64,000 nucleotides of DNA from Eubacteriales bacterium (GTDB lineage Bacteria; Bacillota; Clostridia; Oscillospirales; CAG-272): positions 2,147 to 66,146 of the forward strand of contig JAZUBT010000014.1 of the NCBI GenBank assembly GCA_045638685.1, in the 5' to 3' direction. This document shows positions 37,273 through 46,694 of this stretch, piece after piece; the first letter of the stretch is position 1, and the number at the start of each line of letters is the position of its first letter. The translations under genes were made by a program, and so were the position numbers. Under the pieces are notes generated by a model. The model ran no database searches. It saw nothing but the letters and a program-made list of their open reading frames with translations, and was not told the DNA's origin.

Positions 37273-38448
37273 CTATTTTATCTCCGGCACCTCTATCTCA
37301 ATCTCTCTGCCGAGACGAGCGGATTTTGCTATTCCGTCGATAATCGCTTGGTTGTAAATTATCTCGGACGTCGGTACGGGGACCGGCGCTTCTCCCTTAC
37401 ACGCGTCAAGGAATGAACGTATCTTTTTATCGAACAGAGAGTAGTTTTTGTCGGCAGGGATAATCGGTATCTCGGTACAGACCTGACTGCCCGCTACCTC
37501 GTGATAAATCTTCATAGGACCGCCAACCGTTCCGTTCCAGCAGTCGGTACTGGGGATACGGAGTCCTCCCTTTGTACCGAGAATTATAGTGTCTCCGGGG
37601 GTATCAATGTTCATAGCCCATGAAATTCTGAAATCAACGATTATACCGCCTTCAAGACGGATAAACGCCGCAGCAAAGTCGTCAACGCCAAATTTTCCCG
37701 CGTATTCCTCGCCCTTGCCCTTCGGGTAACCCGAATATTTTGGGTTTTTACCGAAAAAGTCGCTCTTGTATCCTGTTACAGTGAGGGGCTTCGGGTAACC
37801 GATGGCTTTAAGAACCATATCAAGCGAGTAACAGCCGATGTCGGCAAGCGCTCCGAGACCCGCGGTTTCGTCCTCAATAAAGCTGGTTCCTCTTGAAGCG
37901 GGAATACCGCGCCGGCGGCCGCCGCCCGTCTGAATGTAATAGATTTTTCCAAGCTCACCGCTTTCGACGATTTCCTTAATTTTCTGCATATTGGCGTCAA
38001 GACGCGGTTGGAAGCCTACCGAAAGAACCTTTCCGGTTTTCTTCTCTACACGCATCATTTCGATAGCCTCCTCCGTCGTAACGCTCATAGGCTTTTCGAG
38101 AAGAACGTGAAGCCCTGCGTTAAGCGAGTCTATCGTACAGTCCTTGTGCTGACGGTTATAGCTACAAACCGAAACGGCGTCAAGCTGTAAGCTTTTGTCC
38201 TCGAGCATCTCCTTATGCGACGGGTAATCGGTTTTAACGCCCTCTACTCCGTTTTCTTTGAAAAACGCCTCCGCCCTTCCCGGAACGAGGTCGGCGCCCG
38301 CCACTATTTCAACATCGGGCATTTTTTTGTAGGAAATCACGTGCTTTTGTGCGATTCCGCCGGTTCCTATTATACCTATGCGGAGCTTTTTAGACGCATC
38401 AACCGTCTTTTTTTCCTGATTTGCGGCGTTAGGATCAAGATATGCCAT
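37273..38448 (-). CDS. Gfo/Idh/MocA-family NAD(P)-dependent oxidoreductase (paralog B)
   Basis: LRIGIIGTGGIA, VLLEKPM, 391 aa. It shares identical 55-aa blocks with paralog A, but the DNA shows many synonymous differences. Confidence 0.85.
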   Translation of the reverse strand: MAYLDPNAANQEKKTVDASKKLRIGIIGTGGIAQKHVISYKKMPDVEIVAGADLVPGRAEAFFKENGVEGVKTDYPSHKEMLEDKSLQLDAVSVCSYNRQHKDCTIDSLNAGLHVLLEKPMSVTTEEAIEMMRVEKKTGKVLSVGFQPRLDANMQKIKEIVESGELGKIYYIQTGGGRRRGIPASRGTSFIEDETAGLGALADIGCYSLDMVLKAIGYPKPLTVTGYKSDFFGKNPKYSGYPKGKGEEYAGKFGVDDFAAAFIRLEGGIIVDFRISWAMNIDTPGDTIILGTKGGLRIPSTDCWNGTVGGPMKIYHEVAGSQVCTEIPIIPADKNYSLFDKKIRSFLDACKGEAPVPVPTSEIIYNQAIIDGIAKSARLGREIEIEVPEIK

Positions 38449-38540
38449 TTTTTATTTCCTCCAAGCGTAATTTCTAACATATATTAAATTAATAAATTTA
38501 CTTAAAACACAGCGCTACCGACAGATAAGTTCAAGTCTCT

Positions 38541-38738
38541 TTAATTCTGACGTCTTACGCTTTTATATTCGTCGTAGTAGCGGTAATAAGCGCAGTCGTT
38601 ATTCTGTCCCGAAAGAAAATCCACGGCGTCGTCCTCGTCGAGACTGACTGTACAGACGTATCCGTCCATATCGTCATCGTAGTCGTAATAGACACAGCTT
38701 TCGCAGTTTTTTACCTTATTTTTTTCTTTTTTCTCCAT
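38541..38738 (-). CDS. Small acidic Cys-containing protein (65 aa), function unknown
   Basis: CESCVYYDYDDDMDGYVCTVSLDEDD...CAYYRYYDEY, with an AGGAAAG RBS 8 nt upstream. It lies 92 nt upstream of paralog B on the same strand. Confidence 0.55.
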   Translation of the reverse strand: MEKKEKNKVKNCESCVYYDYDDDMDGYVCTVSLDEDDAVDFLSGQNNDCAYYRYYDEYKSVRRQN

Positions 38739-38840
38739 AATAAAGCTTTCCTTTACCTACTTTAACAATTTAAAAAGTCTTTTTCAGCTTTGTTTTCCCG
38801 TAAAAAATGTGGTATAAGCATAAATTTTCATTAATTTCTA

Positions 38841-38869
38841 TTGACAAACGGTATCTTTCGTGCTATAAT
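38841..38869 (+). promoter_or_regulatory. Sigma-A consensus promoter for the TPP riboswitch-thiT transcript
   Basis: TTGACA (38841-38846), 17 nt, TGcTATAAT (38864-38869). Confidence 0.8.
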
Positions 38870-38896
38870 ACAGACACCTACACGAACAGAAAAATT

Positions 38897-38991
38897 TAAT
38901 CAGGGGTGCTGAAAAGCTATTCGGCTGAGACGCGGTTGATTACCGTAAACCCTTTAAACCTGATACGGGTAATTCCGGCGAAGGGAGATTA
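38897..38991 (+). promoter_or_regulatory. TPP (THI-box) riboswitch
   Basis: P1 is TAATC/GATTA. Conserved elements are GGGGUGC, GCUGAGA, AACCUGAUACGGGUAAUUCCGGCGAAGGGA. The downstream gene is a thiamine transporter. Confidence 0.9.
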
Positions 38992-39015
38992 TTTGTAAAA
39001 GATATTTTTCATTTA

Positions 39016-39052
39016 ATCCCGCACGGTTACCCCGCCGCGGGATTTTTGTTTT
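39016..39052 (+). terminator. Riboswitch-controlled intrinsic terminator
   Basis: ATCCCGC-acggttaccccgcc-GCGGGAT followed by TTTTGTTTT. Confidence 0.75.
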
Positions 39053-39186
39053 CCGTTTTTATCTGCGCGACGCGGTATGCTACGTTTAAATTTTTTCTCC
39101 CTTGAAAACCTTTTTGACGGCTTTTCTAAGTGGTGTGCAGGAATAAATTTTACGCAGCTGCCGATCGGCAGCGGAAAGAGGTTAAA

Positions 39187-39804
39187 ATGAACCGAAAAAA
39201 GGTTCTCGCGCTGTGCGAGTGCGCTATAATTATAGCGCTTGCGGTAATCCTTGATTACCTTTCAAAATTTATATCGTCCTTCTTCCCAAATCCGTGGGTA
39301 AACGGCGGGGGAATAACAATCGCTATGGTACCGCTTATCTTCATATCCTACCGACACGGATTTTTATGGGGAACTATTACCGCCTTTGCCTATTCGCTTC
39401 TTCAAATAGTTATGGGCTGGTATGCTCCTCCCGCGGCAACGCTTCTCTCCTTCGTGCTTTGCATTCTGCTTGACTACGTTTTGGCGTTCACCGTGCTCGG
39501 AACCGCTGTTTTCTTTGCCAAGCTATTTAAAAAACGGATTTTCGGCTACGCCTTCGGAGCCTTTACCGTCTGTATGCTGCGTTTCGTATGCAGCTTCCTC
39601 TCGGGCGCAATTCTCTGGGGAGAATACATAACGTGGGGCTTTGAAAACGTATGGGCATTTTCCTTTATCTACAACGTTTCCTATATGCTCCCGAATGCCG
39701 TTCTTTCCGCGGTAATAACCGCGTCTCTCTGCTCGGTATTCAATCCGCTGACTCTTAAACGCTATCAAAAGCAAAGGTCGGAAACGGAAAACGGTAACGT
39801 ATAA
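39187..39804 (+). CDS. thiT: Energy-coupling-factor S component for thiamine (ThiT-like)
   Basis: Six hydrophobic segments, NPWVNGGGITIAMVPLIF motif, and a TPP riboswitch upstream. The start MNRKKVLAL at 39187 has an AAAGAGG RBS. The ORF-track GTG at 39130 is unlikely. Confidence 0.75.
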   Translation: MNRKKVLALCECAIIIALAVILDYLSKFISSFFPNPWVNGGGITIAMVPLIFISYRHGFLWGTITAFAYSLLQIVMGWYAPPAATLLSFVLCILLDYVLAFTVLGTAVFFAKLFKKRIFGYAFGAFTVCMLRFVCSFLSGAILWGEYITWGFENVWAFSFIYNVSYMLPNAVLSAVITASLCSVFNPLTLKRYQKQRSETENGNV

Positions 39805-39930
39805 TCGATTTTCTGGTACTTTTACATTTAAAACGGATTTTAAAGGAATGAACGGGGTTATCCTCGTTCATTTTTTTATTTGGTTAACTGCTTTATCCCT
39901 TACCGGGCTTTTGTTTTTCGTAAAGAAAAC

Positions 39931-40647
39931 TCATTCAAGCTCACCAAGTGAGTGCATAATTATACCGCAAAGCGCTACCGCCGCGGTTTCTGCGCGAAGT
40001 ATTCTTTTTCCGAGATATACGGTTTTATAACCCTTCTCCCTTGCAAGCTCGCTTTCGGCAACACTAAAACCGCCCTCGCTGCCGACGACTATCGCCGTAT
40101 CTCCTTTTAATGAGCGGAAATCAGCCTCGTTTTCGGTAGCAAACTCGCAAGCAAAAAGCTTATTTTCCGCGGTTTCTCCGTGAAGGAGAGCTTTTTCAAA
40201 GCTGTCTGCGTAGCTGACAGGCGGAGCGATAGCGCGACCGCACTGCTTTGCGGCTTCAACGGAAACTCTGTTAAGTCTCGAAAGCTTGTTATCGTTTATA
40301 TATGCCGAGGAGAACTCGGAATCGAAAACCACGATATTTTTAACGCCAAGCTCTACCGCCTTCTGTACGACAAGCTCGGTTTTATCTCCTTTAAGGTATC
40401 CCGCGATAAGCGTTACGGAGCTACGAGTCTCGGTGTCCGACATTCTCTTTTCGGTTATGCTGACCGCCATATCCTTTTTGTTAATAGCGGTAACCGTTCC
40501 GATATACTCGTATCCACTGTTATCGCAGACTATAATCTGCTCGTTTTCCTTAATTCGGAGTACGCTTACCGCATGGCGGAACTCCTCTCCGCCAATTATA
40601 AGCCCGTCCGTTATTTCCGAAACAAAAAATCTTCTTAAATCACTCAT
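39931..40647 (-). CDS. rsmE: 16S rRNA (uracil1498-N3)-methyltransferase
   Basis: MSDLRRFFV N-terminus (the RFF start is typical of RsmE). C-terminal SPOUT knot GSEGGFS...LGKRILRAETA. The ATG at 40647 lies 1 nt after the stop of the upstream gene. Confidence 0.88.
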   Translation of the reverse strand: MSDLRRFFVSEITDGLIIGGEEFRHAVSVLRIKENEQIIVCDNSGYEYIGTVTAINKKDMAVSITEKRMSDTETRSSVTLIAGYLKGDKTELVVQKAVELGVKNIVVFDSEFSSAYINDNKLSRLNRVSVEAAKQCGRAIAPPVSYADSFEKALLHGETAENKLFACEFATENEADFRSLKGDTAIVVGSEGGFSVAESELAREKGYKTVYLGKRILRAETAAVALCGIIMHSLGELE

Positions 40648-40648
40648 T

Positions 40649-41620
40649 TTAAAATTCCCTAAATTTCTTTGTAAACCACACGTCCTCAATGGGAAGCGAG
40701 ACTACCTTTTCACGCAGGTACTCAAATTCACCCGCGTCTTCTTTAAATGCAAAACGGATATACCTTGAATAAAGTGCCTGATATTTATATCCGTCCTTTT
40801 TGTCATCTCGGTTTATTCCGTACTTGCCGTCTCCAAGCAGCGGATGTCCTATCGAAGCCATATGCGCTCTTATCTGATGCGTTCTGCCTGTTACAAGCTC
40901 GACGTCAAGAAGCGCGTCTCCGTCCTTTTCTCCAATAACGGTATATTTCGTTATTATCGTTTTAACGTCTCCCTTTGCAGGCTTGGTTTTATATACGGTA
41001 ACGGTGTTTTTTTCGCTATCCTTTATAAGGTATCCGTAAAGGGTATCCTTTTTCTTTTCCGGCATACCGTGAACTGCGCAGACATAGCGCTTTACTATCT
41101 CGTCGTTTTTTATTTTCTCGTTAATAAACCTGAGCGCCGCCGCCGTCTTTGCTGCTATGACAAGGCCTCCCGTGTTTCTGTCTATTCTGTTGCAGAGCGC
41201 GGGCTGAAAGGAATTTTCCTCGTCAGGGATATACTCCCCCTTTCGGTAAAGGTACGCTTTTATATGGTTTATAAGCGTATTTACGTCCTCACTGTCGTCC
41301 GAATGAACGATAAGCCCCGGCTTTTTGTTGCAGACTATTATGTTTTCGTCCTCGTAAACCGGAGTAACCGTCGGGATTATCGCTTTAAAGGAGCTTTCCG
41401 GTGTGTCCCCCGCAAAAAAATCGTCTTTTAGGTAAAGCTCTATTACGTCGCCCTCGCTTAGTCTTTGCGACGGTTCCGCGCGCTTTTTGTTCACCTTTAT
41501 TTTCTTTGTACGCAGCGCCTTGTACAGCATTGACTGCGGAAGCGCCTTTAAGGTCTTGGTTAAAAATTTATCAAGCCTTTGGTCGGCGTCGTTTTTGTTT
41601 ACAGTGTAGCTTTTATACAT
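40649..41620 (-). CDS. RluA-family 23S rRNA pseudouridine synthase with N-terminal S4 domain
   Basis: S4-like RLDKFLTK...KIKVN, catalytic NRIDRNTGGL, and HQIRAHMASIGHPLLGDGKYG. The ATG at 41620 (MYKSYTV) has a GGAG 7 nt upstream. Confidence 0.88.
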   Translation of the reverse strand: MYKSYTVNKNDADQRLDKFLTKTLKALPQSMLYKALRTKKIKVNKKRAEPSQRLSEGDVIELYLKDDFFAGDTPESSFKAIIPTVTPVYEDENIIVCNKKPGLIVHSDDSEDVNTLINHIKAYLYRKGEYIPDEENSFQPALCNRIDRNTGGLVIAAKTAAALRFINEKIKNDEIVKRYVCAVHGMPEKKKDTLYGYLIKDSEKNTVTVYKTKPAKGDVKTIITKYTVIGEKDGDALLDVELVTGRTHQIRAHMASIGHPLLGDGKYGINRDDKKDGYKYQALYSRYIRFAFKEDAGEFEYLREKVVSLPIEDVWFTKKFREF

Positions 41621-41668
41621 AAATTTCTCCAAGTTTTGCAAGGAACCGTAAATAGGTGTTTTTCATTC

Positions 41669-43003
41669 TTATTGCTTAACCGCTTCGATACGGCTGCCTG
41701 TATCCTCGGCACGGCTGTTTTCTACCGTTATCTCCCCGTCGCGAAGTCTCTCTGCGGCAACCGCAAGCATAAGCTTAATACGGTTTTCCTGATTTACGCG
41801 CGTAGCTCCGGGATCGTAGTCTATCGGAACGATATTCGCCTTCGGATAAAGGCTTCTGATTTTTCTTATCATTCCTTTTCCTACAATATGGTTGGGCAGG
41901 CAGCCAAAAGGCTGGGCGCAAACGATATTTTCGTATCCCGAATGAGCAAGCTCTATCATCTCTGCAGTAAGCAGCCAGCCTTCTCCCATTTTAGCACCGT
42001 AGCCTATAACGTCGCTTACCGTAGCCTTAAGCTCGTCGTAAGACAGAGGCTTATGGTACTGCGGGTATTCGCTAAGCACCTTATGCATTACGCCGTCTGT
42101 CTTTTTGAGTATATTAAGCAGCTTTTCGCAGATAAACCTTTTAATCCTGCTTCCGCCGTAAAGCTTAATGTCCTCTATTCTGTTATCAATCTTAAAGCTG
42201 ATAAAGCCCATTATGCCGGGAACGTTTACCTCGCAGTCCTGCGATTTTAAGAACTCCTCAAGATCGTTATTCGCAAGAGAGGAATATTTTACGTATATTT
42301 CGCCGACAACACCGACCTTCACCTTCGGCGTTATTTTTCTTTCGATAGCGGCAAAGTCAGCCGTTATGGCTCTCATATTCTTCTCAAGAGCGCCACTTGT
42401 CCAGCCCTTACCGTTTTTCAGCTGCTCCGAAAGAACATTTACCCATTTATCTACCGTTCTTTCAGACGCGCCCTTTTCCGTTTCGTAAGGCTCGGTCTGG
42501 TTTTTAAGCAGCATAAGAAGGTCTCCGTAGCAAAGGGAGATTATAAACTTAACAAGCATCGGCACAGAAAGCTTTAAGCTGCTCTCCTTTTCAAGACCGG
42601 AAATATTAAAGGATATTACCGGAATATGACCGTAACCCGCCTTGCGGAGCGCCTTTTTAAGAAGGTGTATGTAGTTTGACGCGCGGCAGCCGCCTCCCGT
42701 CTGGGTTATCAGCAGCGCGGTGCTGTCGAGGTCGTATTTACCCGAATTAAGCGCGTCTATCATCTGCCCTATTACGAGGAGCGCCGGATAGCAGGTATCG
42801 TTATGGACGTATTTCAGTCCCTCCTCCACCACAGACGGCCCTTTGTTTGACAGAATTTCAACGTTATATCCGTAGGATAAAAATATATTTTTCAGTATGC
42901 AAAAATGTATGTGTACCATATCGGGAGCAAGTATCGTATAGGTTTTTTTCATTTCGTTTTTAAACGGTACGCTCGACACAATATGAGATTTGATTTCTTT
43001 CAT
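41669..43003 (-). CDS. 2-hydroxyacyl-CoA dehydratase (HGD-D / BcrC-like) family protein, partner of the upstream activase; substrate unknown
   Basis: Conserved Cys contexts HNDTCYPALL, TGGGCRASNY and CAQPFGCLPNH. It lies 58 nt downstream of the activase gene on the same strand. Confidence 0.65.
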   Translation of the reverse strand: MKEIKSHIVSSVPFKNEMKKTYTILAPDMVHIHFCILKNIFLSYGYNVEILSNKGPSVVEEGLKYVHNDTCYPALLVIGQMIDALNSGKYDLDSTALLITQTGGGCRASNYIHLLKKALRKAGYGHIPVISFNISGLEKESSLKLSVPMLVKFIISLCYGDLLMLLKNQTEPYETEKGASERTVDKWVNVLSEQLKNGKGWTSGALEKNMRAITADFAAIERKITPKVKVGVVGEIYVKYSSLANNDLEEFLKSQDCEVNVPGIMGFISFKIDNRIEDIKLYGGSRIKRFICEKLLNILKKTDGVMHKVLSEYPQYHKPLSYDELKATVSDVIGYGAKMGEGWLLTAEMIELAHSGYENIVCAQPFGCLPNHIVGKGMIRKIRSLYPKANIVPIDYDPGATRVNQENRIKLMLAVAAERLRDGEITVENSRAEDTGSRIEAVKQ

Positions 43004-43061
43004 AAAGCTCCATTCCGCCGCCTTAAAAGCGGCTGCACATAATTAATTTTAAAAGTCGCTT

Positions 43062-46010
43062 TTATTTTGAGATTGCGGAGAAAAGACTGCGAAGTCTGAT
43101 TTTTACCGCTCCGAGATTGGTTATTTCATCAATCTTAATCTGCGTGTATATCTTTCCCTCGCTGTCAAGTATAGCTCTCGTTTCGTCGGTTGTAATAGCG
43201 TCAACTCCGCATCCGAAGGAGACAAGCTGAACGAGATCCATATCCGATTTGTTAGCTATGTATTTCGCCGCGGCGTAAAGTCTTGAATGGTAGGTCCACT
43301 GGTTAAGAACTCCAACCTTAAACCTCTCCATTTCACAGCTTACGCTGTCCTCGGTAATAACCGCCGCTCCGAGCGAGGTTATAAGCTTATTGATTCCGTG
43401 GTTAATTTCCGGATCAACGTGGTACGGCCTACCCGCGAGTATGATAATATGCCTACCCTCACGTCGAGCCGCCTCTACGTATTCCTTGCTCTTTAACCTA
43501 AGCGCGTTCATGTGCGCGAAGTATTCACCGTAAGCCTTTTCCGTCGCTTTTTTAACGTCGGAAAGCTTGAATACTCCGCCAAAGTGCCCGTTCATCTTTT
43601 CGGCAAATTTCTTATAAAATTCCTTCGGCTTATGTATTCCGAAATAGTCGTAGATAAATTTCGTGCCCGAAAGGCTTTTTACGTTCGCCTGAAGCACCTC
43701 CGGATAGTACGCAACAACGGGACAGTTATAGTGGTTGTCTCCAAGTCCCTCGTCAAGATTATACGTAAGACAGGGATAGAATATCGCGTCAACGCCTTCC
43801 TTTAAGAGCGCCTCGATATGTCCGTGTATAAGCTTTGCGGGGAAGCAGATGGTATCCGAGGGAATTGACTGCTGACCGTCAAGATAAAGCTTACGGTTTG
43901 AAAGCGGTGAAACCACAACCTCAAAGCCAAGCTCGGTAAGAAGCGTGTGCCAGAACGGAAGAAGCTCGTACATATTGAGACCGAGCGGTATGCCTATTCT
44001 GCCTTTATCTCCGGGAACGCCTTTATATTTAGATAAAAGCGTAAGCTTATATTCGTAAAGGTCAAGCCTGTTTTCTCCCTCTTTTTTACCGATAGGAGTA
44101 TCACAGCGGTTACCAGCTATAAATTTTCTCTTTTTTCCTCCCTCGGTCGCAAAGGTGTTAACGGTAAGCTTACAGTTGTTGGTACAGCCCTTGCAGGTCG
44201 TTGCCTTAACCTCGTGCTTAAAGCCTTCAAGCTCGGAAAGAGATAAAATACTACTCTTTTCTTCAGCTTTTTCTTGCGCGTACAGTGCGGCACCGTAAGC
44301 ACCCATAAGTCCCGCTATATCAGGTCTTACGACGTTCATTCCGATTTCCTTTTCAAAGGCGCGCAGAACAGCGTCGTTAAAGAACGTTCCTCCCTGAACG
44401 ACTATGTTTTTTCCAAGCGAAACGGACGCGTCCTTCGTCGTCGCTCTTATAACCTTATAAAGCGCGTTTTTAACAACCGACATAGAAAGACCTGCCGATA
44501 TGTTGTCAATGGTAGCTCCGTCCTTCTGTGCCTGCTTTACCGATGAATTCATAAACACGGTGCAGCGAGATCCAAGCTCAACCGGTGCCTTAGCGAAAAG
44601 CCCAAGCCTTGCAAAGTCTGCTATATCGTATTTAAGCGCTCCCGCGAAGGTCTGCAAAAATGAGCCACAGCCAGACGAGCAAGCCTCGTTAAGGAATATA
44701 TTATCTACTACACCGCTTGCAATTTTAAAGCATTTTATGTCCTGACCGCCGATATCAAGTATAAAATCAACGTCGGGCTTAAAATGTCTTGCTGCATAGA
44801 AATGCGCCACCGTTTCAACAAGACCGAAGTCAAGCGAAAAGGCGTTCTTTATTATCTCCTCACCGTAACCGGTAGCGGCAGCAGCGGCTATTTTCAGGTT
44901 TGGATATTCTCTGTAAAACTCCTTTAAAAAGTCAAGCACTATCGGAACGGGATTTCCGCTGTTGCTTCTGTAAACCGAATGAAGAAGTCTTCCCTTACCG
45001 TCGGTTACCGCGCATTTAAGCGTTGTTGAGCCTGCGTCTATTCCGAGATAAACGCTTCCCTCCGATGCACCGGGCTCCGCTCTTTCAACCTTATCAAGAG
45101 CGTGTCTTTCGTAAAACTCCTTATATTCCTCCTCGCTTTCAAAAAGCGGCTCGGTGGACTTATATTTGGCATCTGTTTTTCTTTCGGCGATAGCCTTTGA
45201 AATATCGCCTATTTTGTAGGTTTTCTCCTGCGGAGCCATAGCTGCACCCATCGCAACGAAGCTCAGCGAGTTTTCGGGGCAAAAGCCTTTAACCTTAAGA
45301 GTATGGTCAAACGCCTCGCGCAGCTGAGAATGGAAGGTAAGCGGTCCTCCAAGGTAAAGGACATTTCCTTTAATCTGCCTACCCTGAGCAAGTCCCGCTA
45401 CCGTTTGATTTACTACCGCGTAAAAAATTGACGCGGAGATATCTGGTATTCTCGCCCCCTGATTTAACAGCGGCTGTATATCGCTTTTTGCGAAAACTCC
45501 GCATCTTGAAGCGATAACGTATATTTTTTCATATTTTTTTGCTTCCTCATCCATTTCGTCGGGCGTTATTCCGAGCAGCGTTGCCATCTGGTCGATAAAC
45601 GCGCCCGTTCCGCCCGCGCAGGAGCCGTTCATTCTTACCTCAAGCTCCTTTTCGCCGCTTTCCTCCCCCGTTAAAAACAGTATTTTTGCATCCTCTCCGC
45701 CAAGCTCTATGACGGCGTCCGTTTCGGGAGCGTATTTCAGTACCGCGGTACGGGTAGCATAGACCTCCTGAACAAAAGGAAAGCCCGCGTCCTCCGCAAA
45801 GCCCATTCCGGCAGATCCGGATATACAAAGCTTAACCTCGTCGCTATCCGAAAGATTAAATTTATTTTTTATTTTTTCGATAAGCGCCGTTGCCTTCGGG
45901 GGAATCTCAGAAAAATGTCTTTCGTAGGAATCAAATATAAGCTCCCCGTCCTCGTTAATTACCGCGCTTTTTATAGTTGTTGAACCGATATCAAGTCCGA
46001 TATTCAGCAT
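43062..46010 (-). CDS. CoA-substrate-specific enzyme activase-like protein: two BcrAD/BadFG ATPase domains fused to a dehydratase-like C-terminal domain
   Basis: Two acetate/sugar-kinase-fold N-termini (LGLDIGSTTIKSAV at aa ~8, LGIDAGSTTLKCAV at aa ~325). The cluster-bridging Cys context is ACSSGCGSF. The start MLNIGLDIGS at 46010 has an AAAGGTGA RBS. Confidence 0.8.
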   Translation of the reverse strand: MLNIGLDIGSTTIKSAVINEDGELIFDSYERHFSEIPPKATALIEKIKNKFNLSDSDEVKLCISGSAGMGFAEDAGFPFVQEVYATRTAVLKYAPETDAVIELGGEDAKILFLTGEESGEKELEVRMNGSCAGGTGAFIDQMATLLGITPDEMDEEAKKYEKIYVIASRCGVFAKSDIQPLLNQGARIPDISASIFYAVVNQTVAGLAQGRQIKGNVLYLGGPLTFHSQLREAFDHTLKVKGFCPENSLSFVAMGAAMAPQEKTYKIGDISKAIAERKTDAKYKSTEPLFESEEEYKEFYERHALDKVERAEPGASEGSVYLGIDAGSTTLKCAVTDGKGRLLHSVYRSNSGNPVPIVLDFLKEFYREYPNLKIAAAAATGYGEEIIKNAFSLDFGLVETVAHFYAARHFKPDVDFILDIGGQDIKCFKIASGVVDNIFLNEACSSGCGSFLQTFAGALKYDIADFARLGLFAKAPVELGSRCTVFMNSSVKQAQKDGATIDNISAGLSMSVVKNALYKVIRATTKDASVSLGKNIVVQGGTFFNDAVLRAFEKEIGMNVVRPDIAGLMGAYGAALYAQEKAEEKSSILSLSELEGFKHEVKATTCKGCTNNCKLTVNTFATEGGKKRKFIAGNRCDTPIGKKEGENRLDLYEYKLTLLSKYKGVPGDKGRIGIPLGLNMYELLPFWHTLLTELGFEVVVSPLSNRKLYLDGQQSIPSDTICFPAKLIHGHIEALLKEGVDAIFYPCLTYNLDEGLGDNHYNCPVVAYYPEVLQANVKSLSGTKFIYDYFGIHKPKEFYKKFAEKMNGHFGGVFKLSDVKKATEKAYGEYFAHMNALRLKSKEYVEAARREGRHIIILAGRPYHVDPEINHGINKLITSLGAAVITEDSVSCEMERFKVGVLNQWTYHSRLYAAAKYIANKSDMDLVQLVSFGCGVDAITTDETRAILDSEGKIYTQIKIDEITNLGAVKIRLRSLFSAISK

Positions 46011-46511
46011 ATATATCACCTTTATTATTAAATTAAAATTTGAAAATAAGTATAAAAATTAACTTATTAGTTTAATTTTAACAGAGATTAATGTATATGT
46101 CGTGAATATATTTTTGTAATTTTATAAATAAACGCAAAAAAAGAACGCACCCCGAAACGCTCATTTTACAAATTTCGGGGGGCTTTTTTATTTTTATTGA
46201 CCTATGTTGAAACACTTTTTCATTAAAGCATTCATAGGGAAAGGCACAGCTTTAAGGGAATAAAAAGCGATAGCTTTTCTTTTTTTACTGCCGCTTTGAA
46301 GCGAGTGAGGATTATAAGTTAAAGGCGCATTTATAGACATTATTTGATTTTATTCGCTCATATTTAGCTTTTTATTAATATATAGCGCTTGTTAACCGCC
46401 GTTTACTTAAACGTATATAAAGAAAATAATCTTAAATCCAAAGCCTCACTAAAAACTTTTGTTATTATTAAACCATCAAAGCGTAAGAAGGTTTTTTGTC
46501 TGCCCTAAATG

Positions 46512-46597
46512 GTAAAACAAAAGAGTTGGGAACGCAGAAGTGAACTCTCTTGTTGCAAAGACAATAAGAGGCTCGTCGCAGAATCCCAACTCAAATG
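46512..46597 (-). ncRNA. Candidate small RNA or leader: orphan promoter driving a 70-nt hairpin plus U-tract
   Basis: On the minus strand, GAGTTGGGA (46584-46592) pairs with TCCCAACTC (46523-46531). These enclose an inner CTCTTATTG/CAACAAGAG helix and are followed by TTTTGTTTT. No ORF of 60 aa or more occurs within 680 bp. Family unknown. Confidence 0.35.
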
Positions 46598-46599
46598 GT

Positions 46600-46629
46600 A
46601 GTATAACAAAAAAAACTGCCAACTGTCAA
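46600..46629 (-). promoter_or_regulatory. Sigma-A-type promoter with no protein gene immediately downstream
   Basis: On the minus strand, TTGACA (46624-46629), 18 nt, TGtTATACT (46600-46605). Confidence 0.6.
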
Positions 46630-46656
46630 GGGTAGGATTTTAAATTAATATTCCAC

Positions 46657-46694
46657 TAAAAAACTGAGCGTCCCGTTTTAAGGGGACGCTCAGC
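46657..46694 (-). terminator. Intrinsic terminator of the hydCBA operon
   Basis: On the minus strand, CTGAGCGTCCC-cttaaaac-GGGACGCTCAG followed by TTTTTT. Confidence 0.9.

Noticed and set aside
46501-46595. 30-aa + strand peptide (MVKQKSWERRSELSCCKDNKRLVAESQLKW) opposite the candidate sRNA, considered as a type I toxin
   Set aside because: It is not hydrophobic, has no RBS and has no promoter. It does not look like a type I toxin.
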